Part shown: positions 21,619 to 31,264 of the stretch, piece after piece
Numbering within the stretch: position 1 is the stretch's first letter
Layout: each line of letters starts with the position of its first letter
DNA from: Myxococcota bacterium
GTDB lineage: Bacteria > Myxococcota_A > SURF-8
Direction: 5' to 3'
DNA: 64,000 bases
Assembly (NCBI GenBank): GCA_963674735.2
Contig: CAXXQS010000001.1
Coordinates: 1,600,001 to 1,664,000 of the forward strand
Notes under the pieces: model-generated
The model's input: only the letters and a program-made list of their open reading frames with translations
Told to the model about the DNA's origin: nothing
Database searches by the model: none
Made by a program: the position numbers and the translations under genes

Positions 21619-24027
21619 CTACTTGGCGACGATGTTCACCAGCTTGTTCGGGATCACGATCACCTTGCGCACCTCGCCGACGATATGCTTCTGCACCCGC
21701 TCGTCGGCCAGCGCCAGTTTCTCCACCTCGGCGCGATCCATGTCGCGCGGCGTTTGCAATTCGCCACGGAGCTTGCCATTGACCTGAATCACCACCGTGA
21801 CGGTGTTCTCGACCAGCATGGACTCGTCATAAGACGGCCAGCCGGCGGCGAACACGGAATGCTTGTGCCCCAGTTTTTCCCAGAGCTCCTCCGCAACGAA
21901 AGGAATAAAGGGCGCGGCCAGCTTCACCAGAGTTTCCAGGCATTCGCGGTGGCGGCAATCGGCGGCCCGCAAGTCGTTGATGTAGGTCATGAGTTGGGCA
22001 ATGGCCGTATTGTAAGACAACGTGGGGATATCCTCCCCCACCTTTTTGATCGTGCGATGCATGGAACGCACGCAATCTTCGGGGCGCGTTTTGTTCTCGC
22101 CCTTGTTCACCCAGTCGAAAACACGCTCCACAAAGCGCCGACAACCCACGATCCCCTGATCGTCATAATCCCCGCCCAACATGAACGGTCCGATAAACAT
22201 CAGGTACAAGCGGAAGGTGTCGGCTCCGTAGCGATCGATGATGGCATCGGGATTGACCACGTTTCCCTTGCTCTTGGACATCTTTCCGCCGTCCTTGGTG
22301 ATGATGCCGTGGGCGCGAAAGCTCTTGACGGGTTCTTCGAAGTCCAGATATCCCAGATCGTGCAGCACCATGGTGATGAAGCGGATATAGAGAAGATGGC
22401 CGAAGCTGTGTTCCTTGCCGCCGATATACATGTCCGCCGGGCACCACTTCTTCGTGATGGACGGGTCGATGAAACGCTCGTCCATGCCGACGGAAGGATA
22501 ACGTAGATAATACCAGGCGGAATCGAGGAAGTTATCCGAAACGTCCGTTTCGCGCCGGGCCGGGCCTCCGCATTTCGGACAGGTGCAGCGGGTCCATTCT
22601 TCGTTACGCGCCAGCGGACTCTTGCCCGATCCATCTGGGATGTAGTCGTCCGATTCGGGAAGGAGCACCGGCAGATCTTCCTCGGGCACGGGCACCGTCC
22701 CGCATTTGTCGCAATGAATGATGGGAATGGGCGGCCCCCAGTAACGTTGGCGGGACACGCACCAGTCACGCAGACGATAGTTGATGGATCCCCTCCCGAA
22801 ACCTTGCGTTTCGAGCCAGGCAGTCACCTTCCCTACCCCTTCACCTTCGGGCGTGCCGTTGAAGGGACCGGAGTTGATCATCAGACCGGGACCGCTGTAG
22901 GCTTCGCCCAGATCGCCCTGCGCCACACCATCGGGGGCGATGACTTCGGTGATCTCCAGATTCATCACCTTGGCGAATTCGTAATCGCGCGAATCGTGGG
23001 CGGGCACGGCCATAATGGCCCCCGTCCCATAATCCATCAAAACATAATCGGCAATGTAGATGGGCACGCGCGCGCCGTTGACTGGATTGACGGCGTACCC
23101 GCCGGTGAAGACACCCGTCTTCTCCTTGATCATTTCCTGGCGCTCGAACTGGGATTTCTTGCGCGCCTCGTCCTGGTAATCCGCCACGGCCTGCTTGCGC
23201 GACGGCGTGGTCACGCGCTCCACCAGCGGATGCTCGGGCGCGAACACCATATACGTCACGCCCCAGAGCGTATCGGGACGCGTAGTGAAGATTTCGAACA
23301 GTTCGCCGTCCTCCAACCGGAACGTGACCATCGCGCCGGTGGAGCGCCCGATTTTGGAACGTTGCACGCTCGTGACGGCCTCGGGCCAGTCGATCGTTTC
23401 CAAATTGTTCAGGAGTCGCTCGGCGTAATTCGTGATTTTAAAGAACCACTGTTTGAGCGTGCGCTGTTCCACTTTGACGTCGCCGTGGCGCTCGCAATAA
23501 CCGTCTTCCACCTGGCTGTCGGCCAAAACGGTTTTGCAAGCCGGACACCAGTTGACGGCCGATTCCCGCTGCTCGGCGAGTCCGTTTTTGTAAAGCTGCA
23601 AGAAAATCCACTGCGTCCACTTGTAGTAAGCCGGGTCGGTTGTATCGAGCGAATGGGACCAATCGAACATATTGCCCAATCGTTTGAGTTGGTTTTCGCG
23701 GAAGTTGCGCACGTTCTCCGCCGTCAGTTTGGCGGGGTGCTTTTTCACTTTCAGAGCGAAATTTTCCGAGTGAATCCCGAAAGCGTCGAAGCCCATGGGC
23801 TCGAAAACGCTGTGACCCTGCATCTTCTGATAACGTCCATAAATATCCGAGCCGATGAAGGCGAAACAATTGCCCACATGCAGGCCCTCGGCCGAAGGAT
23901 AGGGAAACATCATCAGGTTGTAGAAAGGCTTGTCGGCCTTGTTCATATCGATCGTGTAATCGCCGCGCGACTCCCAGATCTTCCGTTGTTTCGCCTCTAC
24001 CACCGCCGGATCGTACGCCTTGCTCAT
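21619..24027 (-). CDS. leuS: Leucine--tRNA ligase
   Basis: MFPYPS.EGLHVGN (HIGH-like), FTTRPDT editing domain, GTGAIMAVPAHD, SRQRYWG, KMSKS; start at MSKAYDP. Confidence 0.98.
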   Translation of the reverse strand: MSKAYDPAVVEAKQRKIWESRGDYTIDMNKADKPFYNLMMFPYPSAEGLHVGNCFAFIGSDIYGRYQKMQGHSVFEPMGFDAFGIHSENFALKVKKHPAKLTAENVRNFRENQLKRLGNMFDWSHSLDTTDPAYYKWTQWIFLQLYKNGLAEQRESAVNWCPACKTVLADSQVEDGYCERHGDVKVEQRTLKQWFFKITNYAERLLNNLETIDWPEAVTSVQRSKIGRSTGAMVTFRLEDGELFEIFTTRPDTLWGVTYMVFAPEHPLVERVTTPSRKQAVADYQDEARKKSQFERQEMIKEKTGVFTGGYAVNPVNGARVPIYIADYVLMDYGTGAIMAVPAHDSRDYEFAKVMNLEITEVIAPDGVAQGDLGEAYSGPGLMINSGPFNGTPEGEGVGKVTAWLETQGFGRGSINYRLRDWCVSRQRYWGPPIPIIHCDKCGTVPVPEEDLPVLLPESDDYIPDGSGKSPLARNEEWTRCTCPKCGGPARRETDVSDNFLDSAWYYLRYPSVGMDERFIDPSITKKWCPADMYIGGKEHSFGHLLYIRFITMVLHDLGYLDFEEPVKSFRAHGIITKDGGKMSKSKGNVVNPDAIIDRYGADTFRLYLMFIGPFMLGGDYDDQGIVGCRRFVERVFDWVNKGENKTRPEDCVRSMHRTIKKVGEDIPTLSYNTAIAQLMTYINDLRAADCRHRECLETLVKLAAPFIPFVAEELWEKLGHKHSVFAAGWPSYDESMLVENTVTVVIQVNGKLRGELQTPRDMDRAEVEKLALADERVQKHIVGEVRKVIVIPNKLVNIVAK

Positions 24028-24150
24028 CGTGATTATCCCTTGATATAACTCAGTAATTGCGGTCCCTTTATCGAGCCAGAGAGCATACCCCAAGCATGCG
24101 TGCCTCGCAAGTGAAAATCCCCCCACTCATACGCTTTCAGGCCGGATGCT

Positions 24151-27100
24151 CTACTGCAACTCCATACAACCGAGATAGACCCATTGGATGTGAGGGAAAA
24201 CCGTACCGAAGCCGGTGGAAAGATTCACCGAGTATTCACCCGGCAGCATCGGCACCAACCCGTTTACTCCGCCTTCCTCCAGCAGGTCGTAACTGACGAC
24301 CACCCGATAATCGTCGCTCTTGCGGAAGACGATGTCTCCCCGCGAATAGCCACTGGTGGAATCGGGAAGCGGCAGACCGTCTTTGAAGACCTGCAGATTG
24401 TAGGAAACCAGATTCAGGTCGTAGGTCAGATTGACGTCCGAGTCGATTTCGATCTCCTTGAAGATCGGATACTCGGCATAGGTGTCTCCAGACGTGAGAC
24501 GGATCAGAATCGAGTAGGTGCCGCTGGGGCGTTCCATGGTGAAGCGGCTTTGTTCGTTCAAGTTGGTTGCGCCAACGGTTCGATTCCGAATCACTTCATC
24601 ATAAACCTGCAACTCGGCGGCATCGAATTGTCCATCGTTGATGAGGTCGGTCAGCAGACGGGTTTTGTCGTCGGCCGTGATTTCCACTTCGATGATATGG
24701 GACGAAAGATTGATGGCCTGACTTGTACCGTTGGCTCCGACCGTGAAATCCTGGGTCAGATAGAATTCCTGGAAGCCGTTGAACAAGTACGACCCGGAAT
24801 AGCGCATCTCATAGGTGGAGGGGAAAAGCCAGGTTTGGAAGGTCGTGGGATAGCTCGATTCTTCGAATTGGCCGAAGTGAACCATCACGACATCGCGGCT
24901 GTCGTTTTCCCGCCGCACTTTGAGGTAATCTCCGTTGTTGGTCAACACCACGGGAGAACCGTTTTTCGTGAAATCCAGTTCGACGGATTCCACCGGAAGC
25001 TCGATATCCCGGTTCGTATCGGCGGTGATCGAAACGCCGGTTTCAAAGGTGATCCAGTGTTCCGAATAGGGGTAGCTACGATTGATGAAATACGGATCGT
25101 CGATCAGGGCGCCTTCGAAACGATAGGAGTAGGTTCCGGGACCGATTTCGCGATCGAACGCCACCGATCCCGAAAGTCCCAGATCGGCCAACAGGAAACG
25201 CTCGTTGGTGCTCTCGTTGATCATGTAGACCTCGCCCCGACTCAGATTCTCATGGTCGTAGAGCGGGTCTTCGCCGCGACGCACTTCGCCTTGAAAACGC
25301 ACGCGTGGGATATCGACAATCAGATCGTCCAACTCCTCGGTGAAGCTGCGGACGGTCTCGTTGCGCCACAGATAGCTATCGCCGTTTTCTCCTGGTCCGG
25401 CAAAGGCGACGAAATACAGGTCGCTGATCACTTCTCGGTCGAAAGTGACCGTACCGGTCGTTCCCATGGGCCAAAACGGGAAACGGCTCCCGCTCAAAGA
25501 ATTGATCAACCAAACCTCGCCCCGGCCTTCGGCATCGGCCGGCGGAGTCTCACCATTGATCATGACGGCACCCTGAAGACGCACGGTTTCCAGATTGAAG
25601 GTGTATTCCTTATCCTGCGTCACCGGGTCGTTGCTTAGCAGCTTCGCGCGCTGTCTGGCATTATCGTCGGCAGCCAGGTAGCCATCGAACAGAATATCGT
25701 AACTGGCGTCGAACACCTCAACCGAGAAATCGTTCAGCCCGCCCCCCACTTCGGCGATGACGTGGTTCATGCGGGTACTGCGGTCGTAAAGCGTAAGGCT
25801 GCCGCGATATCCCGCCGACAACAAGGGGAAAGGTTGTCCGTTTTTCCGGAGATGAAGGGTGATGGTATGGCTCGCCACACTCAGAACGACACCGCGATTG
25901 CTGGTTAAATCAACACGGGATAAAACGGTTTTTCGCTGGCTGTAGCGATTGACGACACTGATATCGTACACACCGGCCAAAACTTCCACATCGGGCAACT
26001 GGCCGCCGTCGCTGAAGTTTTCGTGAATCCTAAACATGCTTCCCGTTTGCGTATCCCGCAAATAAACCGAGCTTTTACCGGATGGATCGAAATACGGCGC
26101 ACTTCCGTCTTTGACTTCGATCCCGACCGTGACGGAAGGAATGTCCAGAGTGTAGATGGATCCCTGCCGGAGTTGATCGCAGGTCGGAATGACATCATCG
26201 ATCTCGGGGTCGGGGTCGAGATCCACGTCCAGATCTCCGTCTTCATCGCCATCCACATCGCCATCGACGATGCCGGGAACGCAGCGCATTTCGGCATTGC
26301 AGCCGGTGCCGGGAGAAATGGTGTTACAGAATGCGGAGTTGGTACAAGCGGCGGCACAAAGCCCGATGTCGCTTGCCTCCTCATGACAAACCTGTTCCCA
26401 CCGGCAATCATCGTCCTCATCGCAGCCGTAATCCTGATTCGGCACGGCACAGCGTCCGGAAGCATTGCAGTAAACGCCCGGCGCTTCACCTTCTTCGGGA
26501 CACTCCGTATCGACAATGCACATTGCCTGGCAAAGCCCGTCGCCGCTTTCCATATCGGGATGACAGACGGTCTGAATCAGGCACTCTTCGTCGTCGACGC
26601 ATCCGGAATCTTCTTCGATGGGATAACATTTCCCGAGACTGTTACAGCGCAAACCGCCATCCGGGGCGGCATTGGTGCATTGGTAGTCGGCGAAGCAGAC
26701 TTCCATGCACGTTCCGTTTAAAAGTTCCTGGTGGCAAACCTGATTGAGGGGACATTGTTCGTCGAGCGAACAAGGATCGTCGTTCATAGGCAGACAGCGA
26801 CCTTGACTGTTGCAGAAATAGAAAATCTCACTGGTATCGTAAGGGCTGCAATCGTCGTTGGAACCACAAGGCGTCAGACAGACACCGCTCGCCACTTCGC
26901 TATGACAGAGCTTTCCATACGCACATTCCGAATCGTTGCTGCAAAAACTCGGCTGGTCGCCGGGTAGGCAGCGCTGATCGGCGTTGCAATAACTGTCGCC
27001 GATGTAGGTCTCACATTCCCAGTCTTTCGTGCACTTCAGCAAGCACATGCCCTGATCGCCGACCGGACTGCACAGCGTGCCGAAAGGACAATCGCCGTCG

Positions 27101-27471
27101 TCGAGGCAAGGAGGCGGTTGATTGCTTGCGGCATCGCCGTCCACACGGTCTCGATCGCCGTCCTGGGGAATCGTGTCGCCATCGGAAGGCACATCGCCAT
27201 CGCTGGGAATGAGGCCGTCATCGCCATCCACCAACTGGACGCAATATCCGGCGGCATTCATCCCCCAGCCGGGAGGACAGGGATTGAGGAGCGGATCATC
27301 GCCATCGGCAGGATCGAGGTTGGCGGGATCGATGCAGTCGCCGGTAGCATTCATCAACCAGCCGGACGGGCAATCGTCCCCCACCATACAACCGGAAATC
27401 CCGGAAACGATACAGATTGTCAAAATCACAGGCCAGACGAAACATGCCCATAGTACTCGCGGCATGACCAC
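24151..27471 (-). CDS. Large secreted/lipoprotein with DGD linkers, Cys-rich repeats and ~7 beta-sandwich repeats
   Basis: Signal ending ISGC; CxxDxxCxxxxxC repeats; repeated RG.V.L...F...V....Y modules; GGAGG RBS. Confidence 0.8.
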   Translation of the reverse strand: MVMPRVLWACFVWPVILTICIVSGISGCMVGDDCPSGWLMNATGDCIDPANLDPADGDDPLLNPCPPGWGMNAAGYCVQLVDGDDGLIPSDGDVPSDGDTIPQDGDRDRVDGDAASNQPPPCLDDGDCPFGTLCSPVGDQGMCLLKCTKDWECETYIGDSYCNADQRCLPGDQPSFCSNDSECAYGKLCHSEVASGVCLTPCGSNDDCSPYDTSEIFYFCNSQGRCLPMNDDPCSLDEQCPLNQVCHQELLNGTCMEVCFADYQCTNAAPDGGLRCNSLGKCYPIEEDSGCVDDEECLIQTVCHPDMESGDGLCQAMCIVDTECPEEGEAPGVYCNASGRCAVPNQDYGCDEDDDCRWEQVCHEEASDIGLCAAACTNSAFCNTISPGTGCNAEMRCVPGIVDGDVDGDEDGDLDVDLDPDPEIDDVIPTCDQLRQGSIYTLDIPSVTVGIEVKDGSAPYFDPSGKSSVYLRDTQTGSMFRIHENFSDGGQLPDVEVLAGVYDISVVNRYSQRKTVLSRVDLTSNRGVVLSVASHTITLHLRKNGQPFPLLSAGYRGSLTLYDRSTRMNHVIAEVGGGLNDFSVEVFDASYDILFDGYLAADDNARQRAKLLSNDPVTQDKEYTFNLETVRLQGAVMINGETPPADAEGRGEVWLINSLSGSRFPFWPMGTTGTVTFDREVISDLYFVAFAGPGENGDSYLWRNETVRSFTEELDDLIVDIPRVRFQGEVRRGEDPLYDHENLSRGEVYMINESTNERFLLADLGLSGSVAFDREIGPGTYSYRFEGALIDDPYFINRSYPYSEHWITFETGVSITADTNRDIELPVESVELDFTKNGSPVVLTNNGDYLKVRRENDSRDVVMVHFGQFEESSYPTTFQTWLFPSTYEMRYSGSYLFNGFQEFYLTQDFTVGANGTSQAINLSSHIIEVEITADDKTRLLTDLINDGQFDAAELQVYDEVIRNRTVGATNLNEQSRFTMERPSGTYSILIRLTSGDTYAEYPIFKEIEIDSDVNLTYDLNLVSYNLQVFKDGLPLPDSTSGYSRGDIVFRKSDDYRVVVSYDLLEEGGVNGLVPMLPGEYSVNLSTGFGTVFPHIQWVYLGCMELQ

Positions 27472-27477
27472 CTCCTA

Positions 27478-28092
27478 TTAGAGTCCTTCCGCACTGGCCG
27501 GCACTCGGAAAATACGCAGATCGGCACGGCTTCGCACCCGCCCTTCAGGGCCGGAACCCATTTCCATCATGCGGACAAGTCCGACATTCGGTGCGTAAGT
27601 AAACCTTAACACAGCGCTTTCTTTAGGATACTCTTCTTCGATCAAGAGGCAATGATTAAATAGCCCCGCTTTAACAATCACCTTCTCGTCAACCGACAAC
27701 ACCCGGCCCGTTCCACTTACGCCCCCGATATTCACCGGCCAGTTCGCCCCCGGAACGATCGGGGTCGGAATGATGGCATGCTCCCCCTTGTACAGTCCAT
27801 CGCGGCGAAAGGTATAGGTCAAGGTGGTTTCACCGGAGGCAATGATCACCCGATCGCCGATGCGCTCCTGAACACGCGTGATATGAGCGCTTTCAAGCTC
27901 GGGTTTTCCGGCATCGTCATAGAACACGACATCATACGTCCAGGCGGCACCGGGGCTTGCAGGAAAATAGGTTTCACTGGAAACATCGGGAGAATAGCGG
28001 AACTCATCCGATTTTACAGACGTTCTCGTACAACCCGTGGCGAAGATGAGAACAATCGCGGCGATCCAAACGGCATAATTCGGAAAAGTCAT
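27478..28092 (-). CDS. Hypothetical lipoprotein
   Basis: Lipobox FATGC; YFP.SPGAAWTY, V.AG.F..CL and YAPNVGLV beta-rich motifs; GGAAGG RBS. Confidence 0.78.
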   Translation of the reverse strand: MTFPNYAVWIAAIVLIFATGCTRTSVKSDEFRYSPDVSSETYFPASPGAAWTYDVVFYDDAGKPELESAHITRVQERIGDRVIIASGETTLTYTFRRDGLYKGEHAIIPTPIVPGANWPVNIGGVSGTGRVLSVDEKVIVKAGLFNHCLLIEEEYPKESAVLRFTYAPNVGLVRMMEMGSGPEGRVRSRADLRIFRVPASAEGL

Positions 28093-28243
28093 GCGCCCAC
28101 CTTCCGTTGGTCTAATCAATTTTTTAGAGGGGAGGTGCTCCTACCCTTTGTTGGGCCGTCAATGTAACAAAGGGTAGGAGCCTTAGTCAAGCTTAAGAGC
28201 TTGATGGAGAGGCGTCTGTTGGGTGAGCTCAGCGCTCACAGAC
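28093..28243 (-). ncRNA. Candidate sigma54-dependent structured leader RNA or sRNA with three to four stem-loops
   Basis: Hairpins GTCTG..GTGAGC/GCTCAC..CAGAC, TCAAGCT/AGCTTGA and a perfect 16-bp GCTCCTACCCTTTGTT/AACAAAGGGTAGGAGC, directly after a -24/-12 promoter. Confidence 0.5.
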
Positions 28244-28252
28244 ACTCAATCT

Positions 28253-28269
28253 AGCAACAACAATGCCAA
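28253..28269 (-). promoter_or_regulatory. Sigma54 (-24/-12) promoter
   Basis: Minus strand TTGGCATTGTTGTTGCT matches TGGC-N7-TTGCW with exact spacing. Confidence 0.72.
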
Positions 28270-28331
28270 TTTTTTCGAGCACGGGAAGCACACTTGCACC
28301 CGCTTCGGCTGTTTCTTATATCTTATAGTGA

Positions 28332-28344
28332 TTTCAATAGCTTA
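28332..28344. promoter_or_regulatory. IHF-binding-like site upstream of the sigma54 promoter
   Basis: TTTCAATAGCTTA versus consensus WATCAANNNNTTR (1 mismatch), with AT-rich flank. Confidence 0.45.
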
Positions 28345-28673
28345 GAAAGATGGAAGCCCGTTTTGCATCCATTTCACAGGTCGTGAACAAACCAAGCCTT
28401 CGAACGTCTCGCATATTGGGGTGGCATCCAAAAAACAACCGATCGGCGATTGATTGACGGAAAACAAGCGAAATTGAATAGATTTTGGCTGCATTATTCA
28501 ACAGTTATGTTTGTTACACCTGCATTCCGCGATTAAGGAGCTCTCAAAGCGTCTTGAAGAAGCAGGTCACAGCCGCAGATTACGACTATGAAGTTTTTGC
28601 GGACAAACATGAAAAGAAGTGCCACTTCCTATGTAATAATGGCCTTGAAAAGAAATCTGCAGGCTCCCAACCG

Positions 28674-30023
28674 CTACTCCGGTTTCTCATCCTTTTTCCC
28701 ACGAGTACGACAGAAAAACTTCAGGGGCGTCCCTTCGAATCCATACGTTTCACGCAATTGATTGGATAAGTAGCGTTGGTAGCTGAAATGCAGACGTTTG
28801 GGATCGTTGACCGACAGCATGAACGTCGGTGGCGCGGTGGCGACCTGGGAGATGTAGTAGATTTTGAGAATTTTCCCTTTTCGGGTGGAGGGTCGGTTGC
28901 GGGTGGTAACCTTTTCAAACCAGCGGTTCAATTCGCCGGTCGAAATCCGCCGCCCATGCTGTTCCTTGGCGTCGTCGATAAATTGCAGAATCTTTTCCAC
29001 ACGCTGCCCGGTCAGGGCGGAGATGAAGATAATCGGCGCATACGGAATGAACTTCAGCCTGTCGCGGATATCCTTGGCCATCGCTCCGGCGGTGTCGGTA
29101 TCCTTTTCCACCAGATCCCATTTGTTGACCAAAACAATGGAAGCCAGCCCCTTGTCATGGGCGAAACCGGCGATTTTCGTATCCTGTTCGGTCACGCCCT
29201 CCCGCGCATCGAGCATGATCAGCGCCACGTTGGCCCGATCCATGGCTTTGAGCGACTTGACGATCGTGCGCTTCTCCATCACCTTGTCCACACGATTCTG
29301 CCGACGAATACCGGCCGTGTCGATAAAGCGGTAGTTTCGCTCGTTGCGCGTGATGACGGAATCGATGGCATCGCGCGTGGTTCCGGGGATGTCGGTCACG
29401 ATATGACGATCCACTCGCAGGAATTTGTTGACCAACGTGCTTTTCCCGACATTCGGTTTGCCGATCACGGCAATGCGGGTTTCGTCCTCGATCGGGACCT
29501 CATCGATACGCAGGCTCGGGTGATTGTTCTCCACATCCTCCAAAACATCCCCGACATTTTCGCCGTGCTCCGCCGAGATCGCGAAAACCGGATCAATTCC
29601 AAGGCTATAGAAATCGGCCGTCAACGGCTCGTGACGCGGGCCGTCGATCTTGTTGATCAGGTAATAAACCGGTTTCTTCGAAAAGCGCAGGATGCGGACA
29701 ATTTCCTCGTCGGCATGTACCATCCCCGCCCGTCCGTCGAACAGGGCGAAGATGATATCGGCTTCTTCGATGGCCAACAAACTCTGCTCACGCATATTGA
29801 TCAGCAAGTCGTTGGAAGTCTCCGGCTCGAAGCCGCCGGTATCGATCACCGTATATTCATAGCGCGAAATCTTGGCCCGCCCGTAATGACGATCGACCGT
29901 CATGCCGGGTGTGGAATCGACAATCGCCTGTTTGCGGCCCACCAGACGATTGAACAGAGTGGATTTGCCGACATTCGGTCGGCCGACTAAGGCGATAACC
30001 AAGTGTCGTTCAAAGGTTTGCAT
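28674..30023 (-). CDS. der: Ribosome biogenesis GTPase Der (EngA)
   Basis: Two GTPase domains (GRPNVGKSTL, GKPNVGKSTL; DTGG, DTAG; NKID, NKWD) and C-terminal KH-like domain. Confidence 0.98.
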   Translation of the reverse strand: MQTFERHLVIALVGRPNVGKSTLFNRLVGRKQAIVDSTPGMTVDRHYGRAKISRYEYTVIDTGGFEPETSNDLLINMREQSLLAIEEADIIFALFDGRAGMVHADEEIVRILRFSKKPVYYLINKIDGPRHEPLTADFYSLGIDPVFAISAEHGENVGDVLEDVENNHPSLRIDEVPIEDETRIAVIGKPNVGKSTLVNKFLRVDRHIVTDIPGTTRDAIDSVITRNERNYRFIDTAGIRRQNRVDKVMEKRTIVKSLKAMDRANVALIMLDAREGVTEQDTKIAGFAHDKGLASIVLVNKWDLVEKDTDTAGAMAKDIRDRLKFIPYAPIIFISALTGQRVEKILQFIDDAKEQHGRRISTGELNRWFEKVTTRNRPSTRKGKILKIYYISQVATAPPTFMLSVNDPKRLHFSYQRYLSNQLRETYGFEGTPLKFFCRTRGKKDEKPE

Positions 30024-30032
30024 GATCGATCC

Positions 30033-30956
30033 TTACTTGTAGCCCAACCGCTTCAGCATGCGGGGGTCGGTCGTCCAGTCTTTCTTGACACGTACCAGAA
30101 GTTTCAGGCCTACCGGACGTTCCAGGTTGGCTTCCAAGTCAATCCGCGCCTGTTCGCCGATCCGGCGCAAGGTTTGCCCGCCCTTGCCGATAACGATACC
30201 CTTTTGCGAATCGCGCTCCACGATCAGCAAGGCATCGATGTGAATGCGCCGTCCCTCGTCCAGTTCCCGGAACGTTTCCACCTCGACGGCCAGAGAGTAC
30301 GGCACTTCTTCACGCAAAATCATCAAGGTTTTCTCCCGAATGATTTCGGCGGCGATGAAGCGTAAGTTGCGGTCGGTGAACATGTCGTCCGGGAAATAAG
30401 CCGGGCCTTCCGGCATCAGGTCGCGGGTCAGTTCCAATAAGCGGTCGACGCCGTCGTTTTCAAGCGCGGAGATGGGCACGATCTCATCGAAATCGGCCAA
30501 CTCCCTGATGCGCCCCATGAAAGCCAGAAGATCGCCTTTGTCGGCCAGATCCACTTTGTTGATCACCAGGAACAAAGGTTTGTGCTGCTTGTGGATGGCA
30601 TCGATGATGTGGCGATTGCCCTCGCCCAGATCTTTGCGACCGATAAACTCGGGTCCCGCTTCCACCATCAGGTAAACCACGTCTGCCTCGGAGATCGTAC
30701 CGAGAGCCGTTTCCACCATCCATTTATTCAGCCCCTCTTTGGCCTTGTGAATGCCGGGGGTATCGAGAAAGATCACTTGCCCATCGTCGAAATGGCGCAC
30801 GCCGAGAATACGGTCGCGCGTGGTTTGCGGTTTGGGGGTCGTAATAGCCAAACGCTCTTCTAAAATCGCGTTTAATAATGTCGATTTACCGACGTTCGGG
30901 CGTCCGACGATCGCCACATAACCCGAACGGTAAGTCTTCTCTTCCGGCGAATTCAT
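30033..30956 (-). CDS. era: GTPase Era
   Basis: SGYVAIVGRPNVGKSTL, KPQTTR, DTPG, EEVPYS, SQKGIVIGKGG. Confidence 0.98.
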   Translation of the reverse strand: MNSPEEKTYRSGYVAIVGRPNVGKSTLLNAILEERLAITTPKPQTTRDRILGVRHFDDGQVIFLDTPGIHKAKEGLNKWMVETALGTISEADVVYLMVEAGPEFIGRKDLGEGNRHIIDAIHKQHKPLFLVINKVDLADKGDLLAFMGRIRELADFDEIVPISALENDGVDRLLELTRDLMPEGPAYFPDDMFTDRNLRFIAAEIIREKTLMILREEVPYSLAVEVETFRELDEGRRIHIDALLIVERDSQKGIVIGKGGQTLRRIGEQARIDLEANLERPVGLKLLVRVKKDWTTDPRMLKRLGYK

Positions 30957-31264
30957 ACTGTTTCTCCTCGGCCTTTACCTATGGCCGTCAATCTTCGCCT
31001 CTGATTTAGCCATTTCGCACACGAAATGCAAGTCTTTCCGTCGAAGTTTCTCCTTTATTTTTCATGACTTTTCGTGGAGCCAAGCCTTAAACAGCTGAAA
31101 GGTTCGCCGTTTCAACGAGCTTGCTGAGAACGGGGAACAAAGCAGCGTCTTCTCCTGCACCCGCCGATTTCAATCGAAATCGTTCCAATCTGGCGAGTTT
31201 CGGGAATCTTTTGACGTTATCCGAGTTCTTGGATAAGGTAAGGAATCTTGTCAAAGGAGGATCG

